Below are positions 33,065 to 33,891 of a stretch of DNA of 33,891 bases, piece after piece. The stretch comes from Octopus bimaculoides. Its lineage: Eukaryota. The notes beneath the pieces are model-generated. The model was given only the letters and a program-made list of their open reading frames with translations. It was not told the DNA's origin and ran no database searches. The translations under genes and the position numbers were made by a program. The DNA is taken from contig NC_068991.1 of the NCBI RefSeq assembly GCF_001194135.2, positions 43,100,856 through 43,134,746 of the forward strand, in the 5' to 3' direction. Numbering within the stretch: position 1 is the first letter of the stretch; every line of letters begins with the position of its first letter.

Positions 33065-33471
33065 NNNNNNNNNNNNNNNNNNNNNNNNNNNNNNNNNNNN
33101 NNNNNNNNNNNNNNNNNNNNNNNNNNNNNNNNNNNNNNNNNNNNNNNNNNNNNNNNNNNNNNNNNNNNNNNNNNNNNNNNNNNNNNNNNNNNNNNNNNNN
33201 NNNNNNNNNNNNNNNNNNNNNNNNNNNNNNNNNNNNNNNNNNNNNNNNNNNNNNNNNNNNNNNNNNNNNNNNNNNNNNNNNNNNNNNNNNNNNNNNNNNN
33301 NNNNNNNNNNNNNNNNNNNNNNNNNNNNNNNNNNNNNNNNNNNNNNNNNNNNNNNNNNNNNNNNNNNNNNNNNNNNNNNNNNNNNNNNNNNNNNNNNNNN
33401 NNNNNNNNNNNNNNNNNNNNNNNNNNNNNNNNNNNNNNNNNNNNNNNNNNNNNATATATACATATGCATAT

Positions 33472-33869
33472 ATTCTTATTCTTTTATTCTTTTACTTGTT
33501 TCAGTCATTTGACTGCTACCATATTGGAGCACCACCCTTTTTTAGTTGAGCAAATCAACCCAGGACTTATGCTTTCTAAGTCTAGTACTTATTCTATTGG
33601 TCTCTTTTTGCTGAACCGCTAGGTTACGGGGACGTAAACACACCAGCATCGCATGTAAAGCGATGTTGTGGGGACAAACACAAACACACAAACACACACA
33701 TACATATATATACATGTATACAATTTCCGTCTACCAAATCCACTCACACGGCTTTGGTCGGCCTGAGGCTATAGTATAAGACACTTGCCCATGGTGCCAC
33801 GCAGTGGGTCAGAACCCGGAACCACGTGGTTGGTAACCAAGCTACTTACCACACAGCCACTCCTGCGCT
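33472..33869 (-). mobile_element. Family-B SINE, near full length, CR1-like tail
   Basis: Head AGCGCAGGAGTGGCTGTGTGGTAAGTAGCTTGG...GGTTCCGGGTTCTGACCC, core ATGGGCAAGTGTCTT...GGATTTGGTAGACGGAAA and tail GTGCTCCAATATGGTAGCAGTCAAATGACTGAAACAAGTAAAAG. Confidence 0.88.
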
Positions 33870-33891
33870 TATATATATTCATATATATATA

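Overview
Repeat-dominated, AT-rich eukaryotic (metazoan) DNA from a gapped draft assembly: 7 N-gaps and many TA, CA, ATT and GTAT microsatellites. The SINE families and repeat landscape look like those of Octopus; this is inference from remembered repeat sequences, not a database result. No intact host gene, rRNA, true tRNA or CRISPR array is visible. One candidate host exon lies on the minus strand (7152-7295). Almost all interpretable sequence is decayed mobile DNA: RTE LINEs, CR1-group LINEs, five R4/Dong-type fragments at (TAA)n tracts, an Expander/Rex3-like 3' end, a Gypsy integrase fragment, Hsmar1-like mariner and Chapaev3-like transposase remnants, TTAA- and TA-flanked MITEs, and three tRNA-headed SINE families (labelled A, B and D here). 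The most notable finding is a ~293-nt tandem repeat at 30730-31202 carrying a type I hammerhead ribozyme with a palindromic stem III, which is the architecture of a non-LTR retrozyme. Both copies are damaged, but in complementary ways, so an intact ancestor can be reconstructed. Second, a complete C4HC3 PHD-type finger sits in frame inside the reverse-transcriptase domain of the RTE LINE family. Boundaries of degraded elements were read by eye and are approximate.
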